A DNA stretch of 64,000 nucleotides from an uncultured Nitrospirales bacterium (GTDB lineage Bacteria; Hydrogenedentota; Hydrogenedentia; Hydrogenedentales; Hydrogenedentaceae): positions 29,850-93,849 of the forward strand of contig CAZJTZ010000012.1 of assembly GCA_964549105.1 (NCBI GenBank), read 5' to 3'. The first letter of the stretch is position 1. Each line of letters opens with the position of its first letter. The position numbers were made by a program, and so were the translations under genes. This document shows, in pieces, positions 27,854 through 38,021 of this stretch. The notes beneath the pieces were generated by a model, which did not search any database, was not told the DNA's origin, and was given only the letters and a program-made list of their open reading frames with translations.

Positions 27854-30800
27854 TTAGGGATTACTAACAGTTAATTGTATATATGCTGTTCCATTTACAG
27901 CATTACTTGAAATAGAAATAATGGGAGCAAAGTTGTCAATTAGTGCTTTGTTTACCGTAACAGTAATGTAATCCTCTTTTTTTGAGTTATCAGGTGAGTC
28001 ATAAGGACCGAGAGAGCCTGCATATTTTGAGAAACTATAACCGACGGGTAAGTTTCCCCTATCCAATGTCCATGATAGGATAGATTGTCCTGTATTTCTT
28101 ATTACAAATGTTTTCTCTTCAATTTCATTTGACGAATCAAAAATCAATTCAGTCGGCTCCACTGTTATTTCAGGTTGCAGTATATTGCAATATACTGTCA
28201 CATACCGCACGATTGCATTATGAAAGATAGAATCGAAGGAAAATCGCAGTATACCTAAATAATTATTTCCCGGTTCCATTTCTTCACGATTGATTGGAAT
28301 ATGCAATTTATAAGGCGTTTCATTCTCAAAAACGAATCTTTCTTCATCTGGAGGTTTGACTATATCACCGAAGAAGTCTCCTATAAATACCTCAACATCC
28401 CAGTATAAACCTACATTGGTAGGTCTATGACTACCACCTTTGTTGTATATATCCACAACCAAATCATAAACATCATCAGGCAGAACAATTATACTGTTAT
28501 CATCCATTGTGGGTTCACTCTCTAAATAAGGATAGGGATTGGAAGGAGCAAAGGAAGGCCTGTTTGTCACATCGAACAGATTGGGATGGGTAAAGTATTT
28601 GGCGTCTGGATTTGCACTAATCTGAGGATTTGCCACATCAAATTGTAACTTAAATGGTTGTGAAGCATTTTCAAAGTGCAATACACATAGTGAACCAAAG
28701 GCACCATAAGGCAAGGGTTGATTGTTGGCAGCGGTAAATTGTAATAGGCTCCCTTGTTGGACAAAATTCCAATCCGAAATAAGTCCACCTTCTGCAAGAG
28801 TAGGTTGACTCACGGACATTGTCATGGCTGGATTGCCGTCTAAAGTATCTATGGAGAAGAATAATGCTGCAATATTTCTCGGGATGTAATCTGCATATAC
28901 AATAATATCTACGGATTGGGAAGCAGTATCAATGCCTGAGGAAAGGAGTTTAATTTGTCCTAACCGCACATCATTTGCATAGCTTTCCAGGTCCATCTGA
29001 CTATGTGCGAAAGCCGTGGAAATATTGCCCTGGTCCGAAATGCAGGAGTTGCCATCCGCAGGGGAATCAAAGTCTACATCTATTCTCACTGTGGCTCCTG
29101 CGTTTTGACTTAAGGCAATGAATTCAAACAATAATTGACTATTTATATCTTTTGCTATAGACCGGTCACAAGGGTCATCAGGATTGGTTTCTAACCAATC
29201 GGCTAATGGAGATAACAAAGGTTTCGATATGGGTCGTCCTAAACTATCCACCTGCCCTGTATCTTGATTGCGAGTGGAATAAACATGTCCTCCCGTCTCT
29301 TCTACTAATTGAATCATCACATTTTTATTTGCATTTTCACCCCAACTAACAAAGAAGGGTCTGGCTCTTACCCCTTTTAACAAATCCACCACAGGTGATA
29401 CCTGCCCTGGCGGTGTGGTCATACGCCCATCTGTAATGATTAACATAATACGGTCATCTGTAGAATCGTAAGGGATATGGTCTCCATCTGCCAGGAAAAG
29501 GTCAACCGCACCATCACTAATTGCAGGTAATAACGCTGTTGCACCATGGTCAATAATATTCATACTTAATAATCTGTTCTTTGCAACTTCTTTGTTGTAG
29601 GTAAACATCGGTTCCCCATCATTGTTCATCAATATACGAACAGGATTATTATTCCATTCTCGCTCGTTAAATACGCCAATTGCTATTTTGTAGTTATCTG
29701 GTATTTCATCAATTATTGGCATTACAGTTCTCACATACAATTCACGAATAGGGTCTGTAGCATCTGAAATTCCCTGTTCTCCCATCAATTGAACAGACTT
29801 CAACATACTTCCAGAAGCATCTAACATAATAAGGATACTACCTTTACTTTGCACCAACTTCTCTGGTTTAAGCATAGGGACTAAAAACCGATTTGATTCT
29901 GAAATTTCTAACGGTAAATCGTCTTCTGTGATTAAGAATTTACTGGTAAGAGTTGGCAAAAATGCTTCAGGGAAAGAAATAGATTGCTGCTGAATATCTC
30001 TGAAAAGCATTACATATCGGACTAATGAGGGAATCCTCAAATTAGGGGGTGGAGTCTCTATGGTAAGTGAAGGTGCGGCTGCTGTAATTATTATAAGGAC
30101 TGGGTCTACCGTAGTATCAATAACATTTTGTCCATTTACAAGTTTAGTCGCCACGATTTGTATTTGTCCGGACGCATTAACCCCATCCAATCCCTCACGG
30201 TCAATAGATACAGATATGGTTTTCCAATCCTTTATCGCATTTGCAGTACCTATACTGATACCCGATTCAGGAGAAACGGAAATCCAATCTTTATTAGGTA
30301 TTAGCATAAAGTTTAATACGGTTTCTGGGTCACCTATATTTGCCAGGTCGAACTCTTTCAATATCTCACGCGTCCCATAACTCAATGCCATAGGCGTAGC
30401 ACCTATTATTACTTTTCGGGGCACCTGTACCTCAATCGTAATGGCTGATTCTGGATGGCTCACATCATTTGATTTGATTATTATTTTATGTGCATCACCT
30501 AAATAAGTCAGTGTATTCCTACTAATCGTCACCTTAACCTTCTGCTCTTTACCTTCACCTAAGGAACCTTGTTCTGGATTTATACTTGTTATCCAGGCTG
30601 GAAGGCTTGCCTTGACAATGCTCCATTCCAGTGTTCCCTTTCCTATGTTTCGCACTATAAATTCCTGTTCATTTTCTTCAAACGCAAAGTTAAGGAAGGG
30701 AATATGATTACCATCTGTACCCTCTCCAATAATAGATATTTCAGGTATTTGTGGCACAGACATACTCACTTCTACCAGCACAGGTGTCAAATCGGTGGAA

Positions 30801-32398
30801 GTTTCGACGACTTTACCTTTCACCGCAAATTGATGTTGGTATGAAGGACCCTCTGCCTCATTTGCCAGGTCTCTATCTATTTTTACTTCCAATGTCGCTG
30901 TTTGAGTTCCGCTCACCTGTCCTGAGGCAATTCCTTGATTATCTACCGGGGTAATGCTCAACCATGCAGGAAAACTCGCTGTATCAATTTCCCAGGCAAT
31001 CGTTTTCTCCCCATCATTCCAGATAGCTAGCGTTTCTTTTGAACGCGTCTCACCAAAATTGATTTGTGTTGGTAAAACTACTAATTTCGGTGCCCGCGAT
31101 GCTTCCATCTGCACATTTAAGGTAGATGAACCCCAGTTGGAGTTTATAACGATACTTCCCTGATAATTTCCCGGTTTCAAAGTAGTAGGGTCTGCCTCCA
31201 CCGATATTACCTGATTTCCGCCTGCTTCAATATTCCCACTACTCTGTCCGATACGAAGCCAACTTGTGTCGTTAGAAATAGACGAGGTCCATCTCCACGA
31301 GACCGGCGCTGTGTTAGAAATAGTGAAGGTTAATGTCTGTCTTTGGTCTATTTTTCCAAAATTAAGTACCGCAGGGCTGATTGTTAAAGCACGAGTTCGC
31401 ATTCGCACCGTTACAGAAACGGCATAATTTGTGGAAACATTCTGAACTTGTAGTGTGCCCACATAATCGTTAGCAGTCAGTCCCGACGGATTGACAATTA
31501 CAGGGACATCTACCGATTGGGAAGCAGGTACTACAAACTCCGGATTTTGCACAGATAGCCAGGATTCTGCTCCACTGGATACCTGAATACGAATAGAATT
31601 TTCCTGAGCGCCTAAATTAGAGACCTGTAATGTCTGCTGTGTTTCCTGCTCCACCAGACCAAACTGCATCTCACTCGGACTTACCTTTAAGGAAGAGACT
31701 TCCATTGTTACTGGAATAGAAATTTCTTGTGAACCGGCTGTAATTTTTATTGTTGTTTGATATATCCCTACGGCAAGTCCATTTCGATTTACGGTAAATG
31801 TCAATTTTACAGTTTGCTTTGCAGAAACCTCTCCACTCGTTGGAGTCCCTGTGAGCCAGGTAGCATCCGTCGGTATAATCATTGACCAATCGGTTTTAAT
31901 AGTGCTCTGATTTATCAAGTTGAGTTGTAATTCCGTAATAGTAGTTCCGAAATCTAATGATAAAGGACTAACAGAAACATTGATACTTGCAGGTTTAGTA
32001 ATACTTACAGTAACTACTTTCGTCTCACCCTTACTTTTGATAGTTACTTCACCTACACTGGTTCCTCCGGGCAAATTAGAACGGTCTACCACCAAATCGA
32101 GTTGCTGTACCTTTTCCCCACCAGTAGAACCATCTATTTTACTTGAATTGGTTAACCCACCATCCTTTGACAGTTTTAACCAGATAGTATTTGTTTCTGC
32201 TTCCCATGACCAATTTCCACTCCGATTGTATACAATACGGATAGTCTCTCTGACTGAATTATCACCAAAGGTAACCGTTTCAGGGTCAATGTAGAAACTT
32301 ACTCCTGGACATCCTGTTATTATCAGGATTAATGAAACAGCACTCAAAAATTTTATCACAACTGTCGTTTGCCTCATGCGAAGGCTCCTGTTTTTCAA
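27854..32398 (-). CDS. Giant surface lipoprotein (1514 aa) with a VWA (MIDAS) domain and multiple Ig-like/ASH-type beta-sandwich repeats
   Basis: Lipoprotein signal (LILIITGC). A repeated ~100-aa module with the L-x-FG...T..L.I.N.G....W pattern occurs at least six times. A VWA domain carries the ILIMLDASGSM (DxSxS MIDAS) and LIITDG motifs. The C-terminal third is paralogous to ORF 32421..36257. Confidence 0.7.
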   Translation of the reverse strand: MKNRSLRMRQTTVVIKFLSAVSLILIITGCPGVSFYIDPETVTFGDNSVRETIRIVYNRSGNWSWEAETNTIWLKLSKDGGLTNSSKIDGSTGGEKVQQLDLVVDRSNLPGGTSVGEVTIKSKGETKVVTVSITKPASINVSVSPLSLDFGTTITELQLNLINQSTIKTDWSMIIPTDATWLTGTPTSGEVSAKQTVKLTFTVNRNGLAVGIYQTTIKITAGSQEISIPVTMEVSSLKVSPSEMQFGLVEQETQQTLQVSNLGAQENSIRIQVSSGAESWLSVQNPEFVVPASQSVDVPVIVNPSGLTANDYVGTLQVQNVSTNYAVSVTVRMRTRALTISPAVLNFGKIDQRQTLTFTISNTAPVSWRWTSSISNDTSWLRIGQSSGNIEAGGNQVISVEADPTTLKPGNYQGSIVINSNWGSSTLNVQMEASRAPKLVVLPTQINFGETRSKETLAIWNDGEKTIAWEIDTASFPAWLSITPVDNQGIASGQVSGTQTATLEVKIDRDLANEAEGPSYQHQFAVKGKVVETSTDLTPVLVEVSMSVPQIPEISIIGEGTDGNHIPFLNFAFEENEQEFIVRNIGKGTLEWSIVKASLPAWITSINPEQGSLGEGKEQKVKVTISRNTLTYLGDAHKIIIKSNDVSHPESAITIEVQVPRKVIIGATPMALSYGTREILKEFDLANIGDPETVLNFMLIPNKDWISVSPESGISIGTANAIKDWKTISVSIDREGLDGVNASGQIQIVATKLVNGQNVIDTTVDPVLIIITAAAPSLTIETPPPNLRIPSLVRYVMLFRDIQQQSISFPEAFLPTLTSKFLITEDDLPLEISESNRFLVPMLKPEKLVQSKGSILIMLDASGSMLKSVQLMGEQGISDATDPIRELYVRTVMPIIDEIPDNYKIAIGVFNEREWNNNPVRILMNNDGEPMFTYNKEVAKNRLLSMNIIDHGATALLPAISDGAVDLFLADGDHIPYDSTDDRIMLIITDGRMTTPPGQVSPVVDLLKGVRARPFFVSWGENANKNVMIQLVEETGGHVYSTRNQDTGQVDSLGRPISKPLLSPLADWLETNPDDPCDRSIAKDINSQLLFEFIALSQNAGATVRIDVDFDSPADGNSCISDQGNISTAFAHSQMDLESYANDVRLGQIKLLSSGIDTASQSVDIIVYADYIPRNIAALFFSIDTLDGNPAMTMSVSQPTLAEGGLISDWNFVQQGSLLQFTAANNQPLPYGAFGSLCVLHFENASQPFKLQFDVANPQISANPDAKYFTHPNLFDVTNRPSFAPSNPYPYLESEPTMDDNSIIVLPDDVYDLVVDIYNKGGSHRPTNVGLYWDVEVFIGDFFGDIVKPPDEERFVFENETPYKLHIPINREEMEPGNNYLGILRFSFDSIFHNAIVRYVTVYCNILQPEITVEPTELIFDSSNEIEEKTFVIRNTGQSILSWTLDRGNLPVGYSFSKYAGSLGPYDSPDNSKKEDYITVTVNKALIDNFAPIISISSNAVNGTAYIQLTVSNP

Positions 32399-32420
32399 GT
32401 ATTAGAATGTCATTTATTAT

Positions 32421-35400
32421 TTAATTTGCCACTGAAATATCCAATTCCTCTGTCCCAAACAAATCTGTTTCAACATTAAGGTTTCCCGTAACAACAGCAC
32501 CGGGCGTAAGACCTGTCCTGTTTATAAATAATGTTACCTTCTCCGATTCGCCGGGACTTAATTCTGAATCTGGGATAGATTCATCGCCAGATTCTCCATA
32601 CTTAATATCCACAATCCAATCGGGATAGTTCGCAATTTGCCAATTAAATGTATCCAGTCTGTTATTTCTGATGACAAAAGATATAGAATTCGTGCCCTTA
32701 GGAATATCCAGCCGTGTAGGAACAATCAATTTGCCCGGTACCGTTTTGTCATTGGGTACAGGGTCCTGGAAATCGGATACTCCATCTTTGTCGTTATCCC
32801 AAACACCGACTCCTTCCGGATTAAAGGGTAAGCCCGCAAGTCCCGCAACCATTGTGGAAGGTCCTGCTACTTTTCCTGCGGTAGTTATAAGCAAAGAACC
32901 ATCTATATAAGTAGGACCTCCGGGGTAGAGGAAAAACTTTGTTCTGGAAACTTGCCCGGAACTTGCAGGGGATACTAACGATTCGTTATCTACGCGCATA
33001 GCAAGATTGAACACGGGTTCTACATTACCGAAAGACTGAACATATTGGTCTAACCCAGTAATAGTAATCTTAAACAAATTGCCAAAGGACCCGTAGCGTA
33101 ATGGATTATTCTCAGAATTAAGGACGAGATATATTCCATCTCCTTCATTAATAAATCGCCAACCGTCTTCGGAAGAGATTAAACCACCTTCTGCTAATTC
33201 CACTTTCATTTTTGCATTTGCAAGCAGGAGGTTCCACTGTTCATTTGATACTTCCTTCGGCTTTTGCAAGAAATACCGTGTCCTCAGGAAGTAAACATCT
33301 CTGGGGATATAATCCGCTCGAACAAAAACCTGTGTCTGCCAGGTTCTCTGTGTCAGACTATCCGGGTCGTTCCCATAAAATAATCCTGAAGTGATTAAAG
33401 ATATTTGTCCTGCTCTAACATCGCCAATATACGCAAAGGCATCCTCCTCAAAAATGCCGGTCAATGAAGGCAAGCCTTCGCCCGGCTGGTATTCAAATCG
33501 AATAGCATACTTGAAATCTTGTTGTTTTGGAGTAATATAGGTTAAAACTACCTGATTCTTTAATTCCTTCCAGATTCGTCCTGGTTCGTCTTCTAATGCA
33601 ACTGTCAAACTTTCCCATACCCCTGCTGTAGAAACTCCCTGAAGACGAATTGTGCCCGTTCCATTATTGGAGGTAAGAGGTAATTCTGCTCCCACGATTG
33701 CGCCGGGAGTAGCAAGGGTTGGATTGGTTTTTACCTTAACTTTTGTGTTACCCTTTGATGGTATCGTGCCTTGCGAAGGTTCAACACCTAATACCCATGC
33801 TGGCAAATCACTTGCACCTACCTGCCATCCAATATTACCTGCACCTTCATTATAGATATAGAAAGTAACATCATTGGGTTGACTTTCCACATCAGGTCGT
33901 AATACCAGTGCCTTCTCATTCCCTAAAAGTTGAACTAATCCATCTACATCATTTGCAATGTATAAGTGTCCACCCGTTTCCTTTGCAAGGGTAACCAAAT
34001 CTGCTGTATTAATCGCCCCGCCTGACGCAAATCCTAATGGATACAGCCGTATAAGGTTATCATGGGCTTTCTCCTGAATGTTACTCGCATCAATAGTAGA
34101 AGCATTGTCCCAACCATCCGAAATAAACACAATGGATTTTACATCTGCATCATCAAACGGTAGTGGATTTTTTGCATCTTCCGCAACCAGTCTATCTACT
34201 GCCTCGGATAACGCATCATAAATATCCGAAGCACCCATCAAATTACTTGGAACATAAAAAGACTCTAAAGATTCTTTTAACAATTCCTTATCCGTGGTAA
34301 AGGAACGGATAAGACGATTGGTCTGTTGCCTATCATTATGAAACATTAAAGCAATCTGATAGGAAGCAGGCAAATCATATATAAAATCAATTGCCGCCTT
34401 CTTTACTTTTTCAATGGCTTCTCCGGGGTTCAAAGGATTGTCTCTATTGTTCACCCCTGCATAATACATACTTGCGGTGTAGTCTAATAATATAATTATA
34501 TTTCCTTTAATATTCTGTGGACCCGTAAGGAAATAATTTGTCTCATTCATATCCAGAGGCACTTCATCTTCGGAAATTGTAAGACTGAGTTTTGAAAGGT
34601 CTGTCGGCGTAATGGTTGGAATGGCACGGGAGGAAGAATCCCTTAATAAAAAGATATACCGCATCACATACGGAGGCCTACTTCGATTGAGTGCCCCTTC
34701 AATCCTTAATGGCTGACGCTCAACACGAATTTTAATAGTCTTCGACTCAACAGCACTTAACGAGGTTACTTGATTGGGGAACTGAATCGGGTCCCGGTCA
34801 ACAGCCTCTATGGTAATATTGCGGTATTCTATGTCATTTTGTAAATTGTCCCGATTAATCGTTACCAAAACTCGTTCACCATCAATCAAAACATTTAGAT
34901 AGTCTGGATGATAAAAATCTTCTGGATTCCCATCTTCACCATTAGCACCTCCCAATGTAGGACGAATATCCGCAATGATGGGATTTGCCACCCCTTCGTC
35001 TTCATGAGTAATACGGAAATATAACTTTGAATCTCTCGGACCTATATTGGCAATCCAGAACTCCTTCTGAACTTCTTCCTGTCCAAAATCCAATACCTCT
35101 AAGGGAATGATTTCTGGACGTGTGGTCGTTTCTTGTGGAGGTTCAGAAATGGCAATTTTGGGTAAACTTAATTGTTCTATCTTTATCGGAACAATTAATA
35201 AACAATCCTGCATATTTATAATAATTGAATATTGACCTGCTCCCAGACTAACCTCTTTAGGCTTAGTAACCGTAGCAGAAATTTCAACACTACTATTAGG
35301 TTTAAGACTTCCCGCGGAAGGGCTTGCAGCGATGCTATCTACCACCTGACCTGTCGGTCCTACCATTTGGAGACTCCATTGCCGTTCTTGATTACTCCGA

Positions 35401-36257
35401 TTTGTCAAGGTTAAAGTAGAAGACGGTAAAGTAGTCGTTGTGCTTTCTGATGTCAGGGAATCGGAAGTTACTATCAATACCAATTCTGCGGGTGTGGCTT
35501 CAAAGTCCAACGCAGAACATATCTTTGCAAAATGGAATTCAACAACTTGACTTCCCAGAGGAGAAACAAAGAGTATTCCAAAGTCGGATGACCTGGTTTC
35601 ATCCCAATGAACTGTCACATCCGTACTACCTGCCGCAGGAAGATTTCCTGAAGCAGGGGATACAGAAATATCTACCGGAATTTCACCATAAATCCCTTTA
35701 TTCGCTAAATCGGGTATATATTTCACAGACCAATTGAAACTCTCGCTGCCTTCATTTTTCACCGTTACTGTGGATTCTGTTACCCCCGGGCGAATGGTTA
35801 TAACCTGCGGGGTCACTGACAGTGCACTACGAACTTCCATAGATACAGTTACAACCTGCGTCATCTTTGAAGTGCGAAATTCCAATCCCACATCTTTATA
35901 CTCACCCGCGTTCAATCCACTTCTCGAAACCCTTACTTGAATTGCCTGAAAAGTGGCATTCTCTCCGGAGGTAGGTTCAACCGACATCCAGGAGACATCC
36001 CCTTTTACCCACTTTTTTTGTGAGGCATTCCAAACCACCTCAACCACAGACCAATCAATACTAAAACGACTTAGAGACTTTATATATAAGGATTTTTCTA
36101 CTGCCTGCGTTCCAAAGGAAAGTGCTTGTGGGGAGACTTCAAACTTCTGAGTAGAGGGACATCCACTCATTGAAATAAAAACGAAAACACACAACCCAAT
36201 ATAGGAACACGAAAAGATAGACTTGCACCTTTTATTATTCATTGGGGCTCCTTCCAA
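32421..36257 (-). CDS. Giant surface lipoprotein paralog (1278 aa) with a VWA domain and Ig-like repeats
   Basis: Lipoprotein signal (ISMSGC). L-x-FG Ig-like modules. VWA motifs IIILLDYTASM and VFISDGWDNAS. It shares conserved blocks with the downstream paralog (ADYIPR, LAEGGLIS, PL-YG-FG). It ends 22 nt before the next gene starts. Confidence 0.7.
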   Translation of the reverse strand: MEGAPMNNKRCKSIFSCSYIGLCVFVFISMSGCPSTQKFEVSPQALSFGTQAVEKSLYIKSLSRFSIDWSVVEVVWNASQKKWVKGDVSWMSVEPTSGENATFQAIQVRVSRSGLNAGEYKDVGLEFRTSKMTQVVTVSMEVRSALSVTPQVITIRPGVTESTVTVKNEGSESFNWSVKYIPDLANKGIYGEIPVDISVSPASGNLPAAGSTDVTVHWDETRSSDFGILFVSPLGSQVVEFHFAKICSALDFEATPAELVLIVTSDSLTSESTTTTLPSSTLTLTNRSNQERQWSLQMVGPTGQVVDSIAASPSAGSLKPNSSVEISATVTKPKEVSLGAGQYSIIINMQDCLLIVPIKIEQLSLPKIAISEPPQETTTRPEIIPLEVLDFGQEEVQKEFWIANIGPRDSKLYFRITHEDEGVANPIIADIRPTLGGANGEDGNPEDFYHPDYLNVLIDGERVLVTINRDNLQNDIEYRNITIEAVDRDPIQFPNQVTSLSAVESKTIKIRVERQPLRIEGALNRSRPPYVMRYIFLLRDSSSRAIPTITPTDLSKLSLTISEDEVPLDMNETNYFLTGPQNIKGNIIILLDYTASMYYAGVNNRDNPLNPGEAIEKVKKAAIDFIYDLPASYQIALMFHNDRQQTNRLIRSFTTDKELLKESLESFYVPSNLMGASDIYDALSEAVDRLVAEDAKNPLPFDDADVKSIVFISDGWDNASTIDASNIQEKAHDNLIRLYPLGFASGGAINTADLVTLAKETGGHLYIANDVDGLVQLLGNEKALVLRPDVESQPNDVTFYIYNEGAGNIGWQVGASDLPAWVLGVEPSQGTIPSKGNTKVKVKTNPTLATPGAIVGAELPLTSNNGTGTIRLQGVSTAGVWESLTVALEDEPGRIWKELKNQVVLTYITPKQQDFKYAIRFEYQPGEGLPSLTGIFEEDAFAYIGDVRAGQISLITSGLFYGNDPDSLTQRTWQTQVFVRADYIPRDVYFLRTRYFLQKPKEVSNEQWNLLLANAKMKVELAEGGLISSEDGWRFINEGDGIYLVLNSENNPLRYGSFGNLFKITITGLDQYVQSFGNVEPVFNLAMRVDNESLVSPASSGQVSRTKFFLYPGGPTYIDGSLLITTAGKVAGPSTMVAGLAGLPFNPEGVGVWDNDKDGVSDFQDPVPNDKTVPGKLIVPTRLDIPKGTNSISFVIRNNRLDTFNWQIANYPDWIVDIKYGESGDESIPDSELSPGESEKVTLFINRTGLTPGAVVTGNLNVETDLFGTEELDISVAN

Positions 36258-36315
36258 ATTTTTGCCCTTCTACTTCTATATTCTAAAAAATACATAGATA
36301 AAAGCATTCACCTAT

Positions 36316-36918
36316 TTATTGTTCTGTTGTTTTCTCTGCAAAGATTACATTTACCCCTGCATTAACCAAAACCTGATACACAGGTTCAAATTCTTCATAG
36401 AAACTTCCATCTTCTTTTATCGTCCATTCCGGACTTAAAGTTACCGTATCTCCCGGACCCAATCCACCTGCATTTACATTCGCCACCAGTGGAGACCAAT
36501 CATGAACATCATTGTCTGGACCAGATATATCAAGGTATTCCAGATATTGTAGTCCTGCAATCGGCGTAATATCTGTTATAGAGTTGTTTCTCAAATCCAA
36601 CCAGACTAAATTCTTTAAATCTCTCAATGGAGATATCGTAACGATATTGTTACCTCGCAAATCCAATTTCACTAAAGAAGTGCAATACTCTAAACCTCTC
36701 AAATCTGTTATTCCCATACTCTGTGCGGTTAATTCTGTTACAGATTTGAGTTCGTTAGTGCATAGTATAAAGAAAGGTTTTCCTAATGCACTACGCACAG
36801 CCGTTTCCAGAGCAGGGTCAGGAAATACTATTGAGGAACCTTGTAGTAAACAACATCCGGAAACAAGACTTATTAAAAAACCTATTACCATTAAGTTAAA
36901 AACCGTTTTTAACCTCAT
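36316..36918 (-). CDS. Leucine-rich-repeat (LRR) lipoprotein
   Basis: Lipoprotein signal (FLISLVSGC). Tandem LRRs: LVKLDLRGNNIVTISPLRDLKNLVWLDLRNNSITDITPIAGLQYLEYLDIS (LxxLxLxxNxI pattern, internalin-like). Confidence 0.7.
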   Translation of the reverse strand: MRLKTVFNLMVIGFLISLVSGCCLLQGSSIVFPDPALETAVRSALGKPFFILCTNELKSVTELTAQSMGITDLRGLEYCTSLVKLDLRGNNIVTISPLRDLKNLVWLDLRNNSITDITPIAGLQYLEYLDISGPDNDVHDWSPLVANVNAGGLGPGDTVTLSPEWTIKEDGSFYEEFEPVYQVLVNAGVNVIFAEKTTEQ

Positions 36919-36974
36919 AATTTTAACCTCATCACATTAAAATTTTCTTTTCCCAAATAATATTAAATTACTTT

Positions 36975-37166
36975 TTACTGAGTCTGAGTCGTGGTGGTTT
37001 CTGTCCCAGTATCAATATGACATTTATCTTCCACGAACAAGAAAAGCGGACTTTCTCCTCCCATAAACCCAAATAGCTTATTAAGTAAAAAAGCAATAAA
37101 GCATAAATCATCGGACCACCCTGCATACACAGGACGCTTACTTGAAATCATTCGCACATGTTTCAC
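36975..37166 (-). CDS. Small protein (63 aa), first gene of the LRR/VWA operon
   Basis: A strong ribosome-binding site (GAGGAGaaaaaAGGTGaaacATG) and a sigma70-like promoter lie upstream. The protein has a hydrophobic core (LCFIAFLLNKLFGFMGG) and a Thr-rich tail (TETTTTQTQ). Confidence 0.4.
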   Translation of the reverse strand: MKHVRMISSKRPVYAGWSDDLCFIAFLLNKLFGFMGGESPLFLFVEDKCHIDTGTETTTTQTQ

Positions 37167-37235
37167 CTTTTTTCTCCTCTAATATATATTTAATGTTCAC
37201 AGATTTAACTTTATAAAAATACAATCGTATATCAC

Positions 37236-37264
37236 AGTTTATCACAAATCACACCGTTTGTCAA
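37236..37264 (-). promoter_or_regulatory. Sigma70-like promoter (TTGACA-17 nt-TAAACT) for the small-ORF/LRR/VWA operon. A second copy of the TTGACA-containing 15-mer lies 75 bp further upstream
   Basis: Minus-strand TTGACA is plus 37259-37264. A 17-nt spacer follows, then TAAACT at plus 37236-37241. The 15-mer TGTCAACAATTTTTA is directly repeated at 37259-37273 and 37334-37348. Confidence 0.35.
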
Positions 37265-37433
37265 CAATTTTTACCAAAATTATTTATACAAAACTATTTT
37301 ATACTATAATTTTACATTAATTTGCCCTAACAATGTCAACAATTTTTATAAAATAAATACTCTCTTTCCTATCTTTGTATTAGATTTTGACACTTAAAAT
37401 ATCATCTCTGCTTTACGAAAAGAAGATTTAACA

Positions 37434-38021
37434 TTATTGTTTTTTCTTTTTTATCATGGATGTTTTTCTACAACGATTTAATCGGTTCTGCCAATCACCT
37501 GCCCATCCTTCTTCAATTGCTTGTTGACAAAGTTGAATGCTTTCTCCATATTGCCCCTGTCTTTCGCGAATATCTGATAAAACATCGTAGCCCAAATGGG
37601 TAGTCAGAGGAACTCCCGGCATGGACTTTTGTAAATGTTGTTTTACCTTCTTAGATAAATCTATCTGTTTTTTTGAAGCAATAACCAACAAAGCCGTTTT
37701 CATATCTATATCCAGTTCCTCATTTTCGAGATAATCAGAAATAAGTTCTTCCAGTGCATAAAAGCAGTCTAGGATATCTTCTGCTTTCATTTTGTTAAAG
37801 TCTTCTTCAACCTTTTTTATTAACTTCTTCGATTGTTCCAGGTCAGGACGGAAGGGCAACCTACTTTTATCTTCACCCAGAGATTCATTTTTGTCAACAG
37901 GTTCTATAATTGTAACCATGAATTTATTCTGGCAAAAAGGACATAGTACTTTTTGTTCCACTCCAGAAGACTCAAGAAGAACTTCTCTGGAACAATAGGG
38001 ACAAACCACACTGAATTTCAT
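37434..38021 (-). CDS. Zinc-ribbon-containing protein (195 aa) co-transcribed with addA
   Basis: N-terminal CPYC...16 aa...CPFC zinc ribbon, then an acidic region, a helical region and a lysine-rich tail. The start ATG overlaps the addA stop (ATGA, 38018-38021). Confidence 0.55.
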   Translation of the reverse strand: MKFSVVCPYCSREVLLESSGVEQKVLCPFCQNKFMVTIIEPVDKNESLGEDKSRLPFRPDLEQSKKLIKKVEEDFNKMKAEDILDCFYALEELISDYLENEELDIDMKTALLVIASKKQIDLSKKVKQHLQKSMPGVPLTTHLGYDVLSDIRERQGQYGESIQLCQQAIEEGWAGDWQNRLNRCRKTSMIKKKKQ

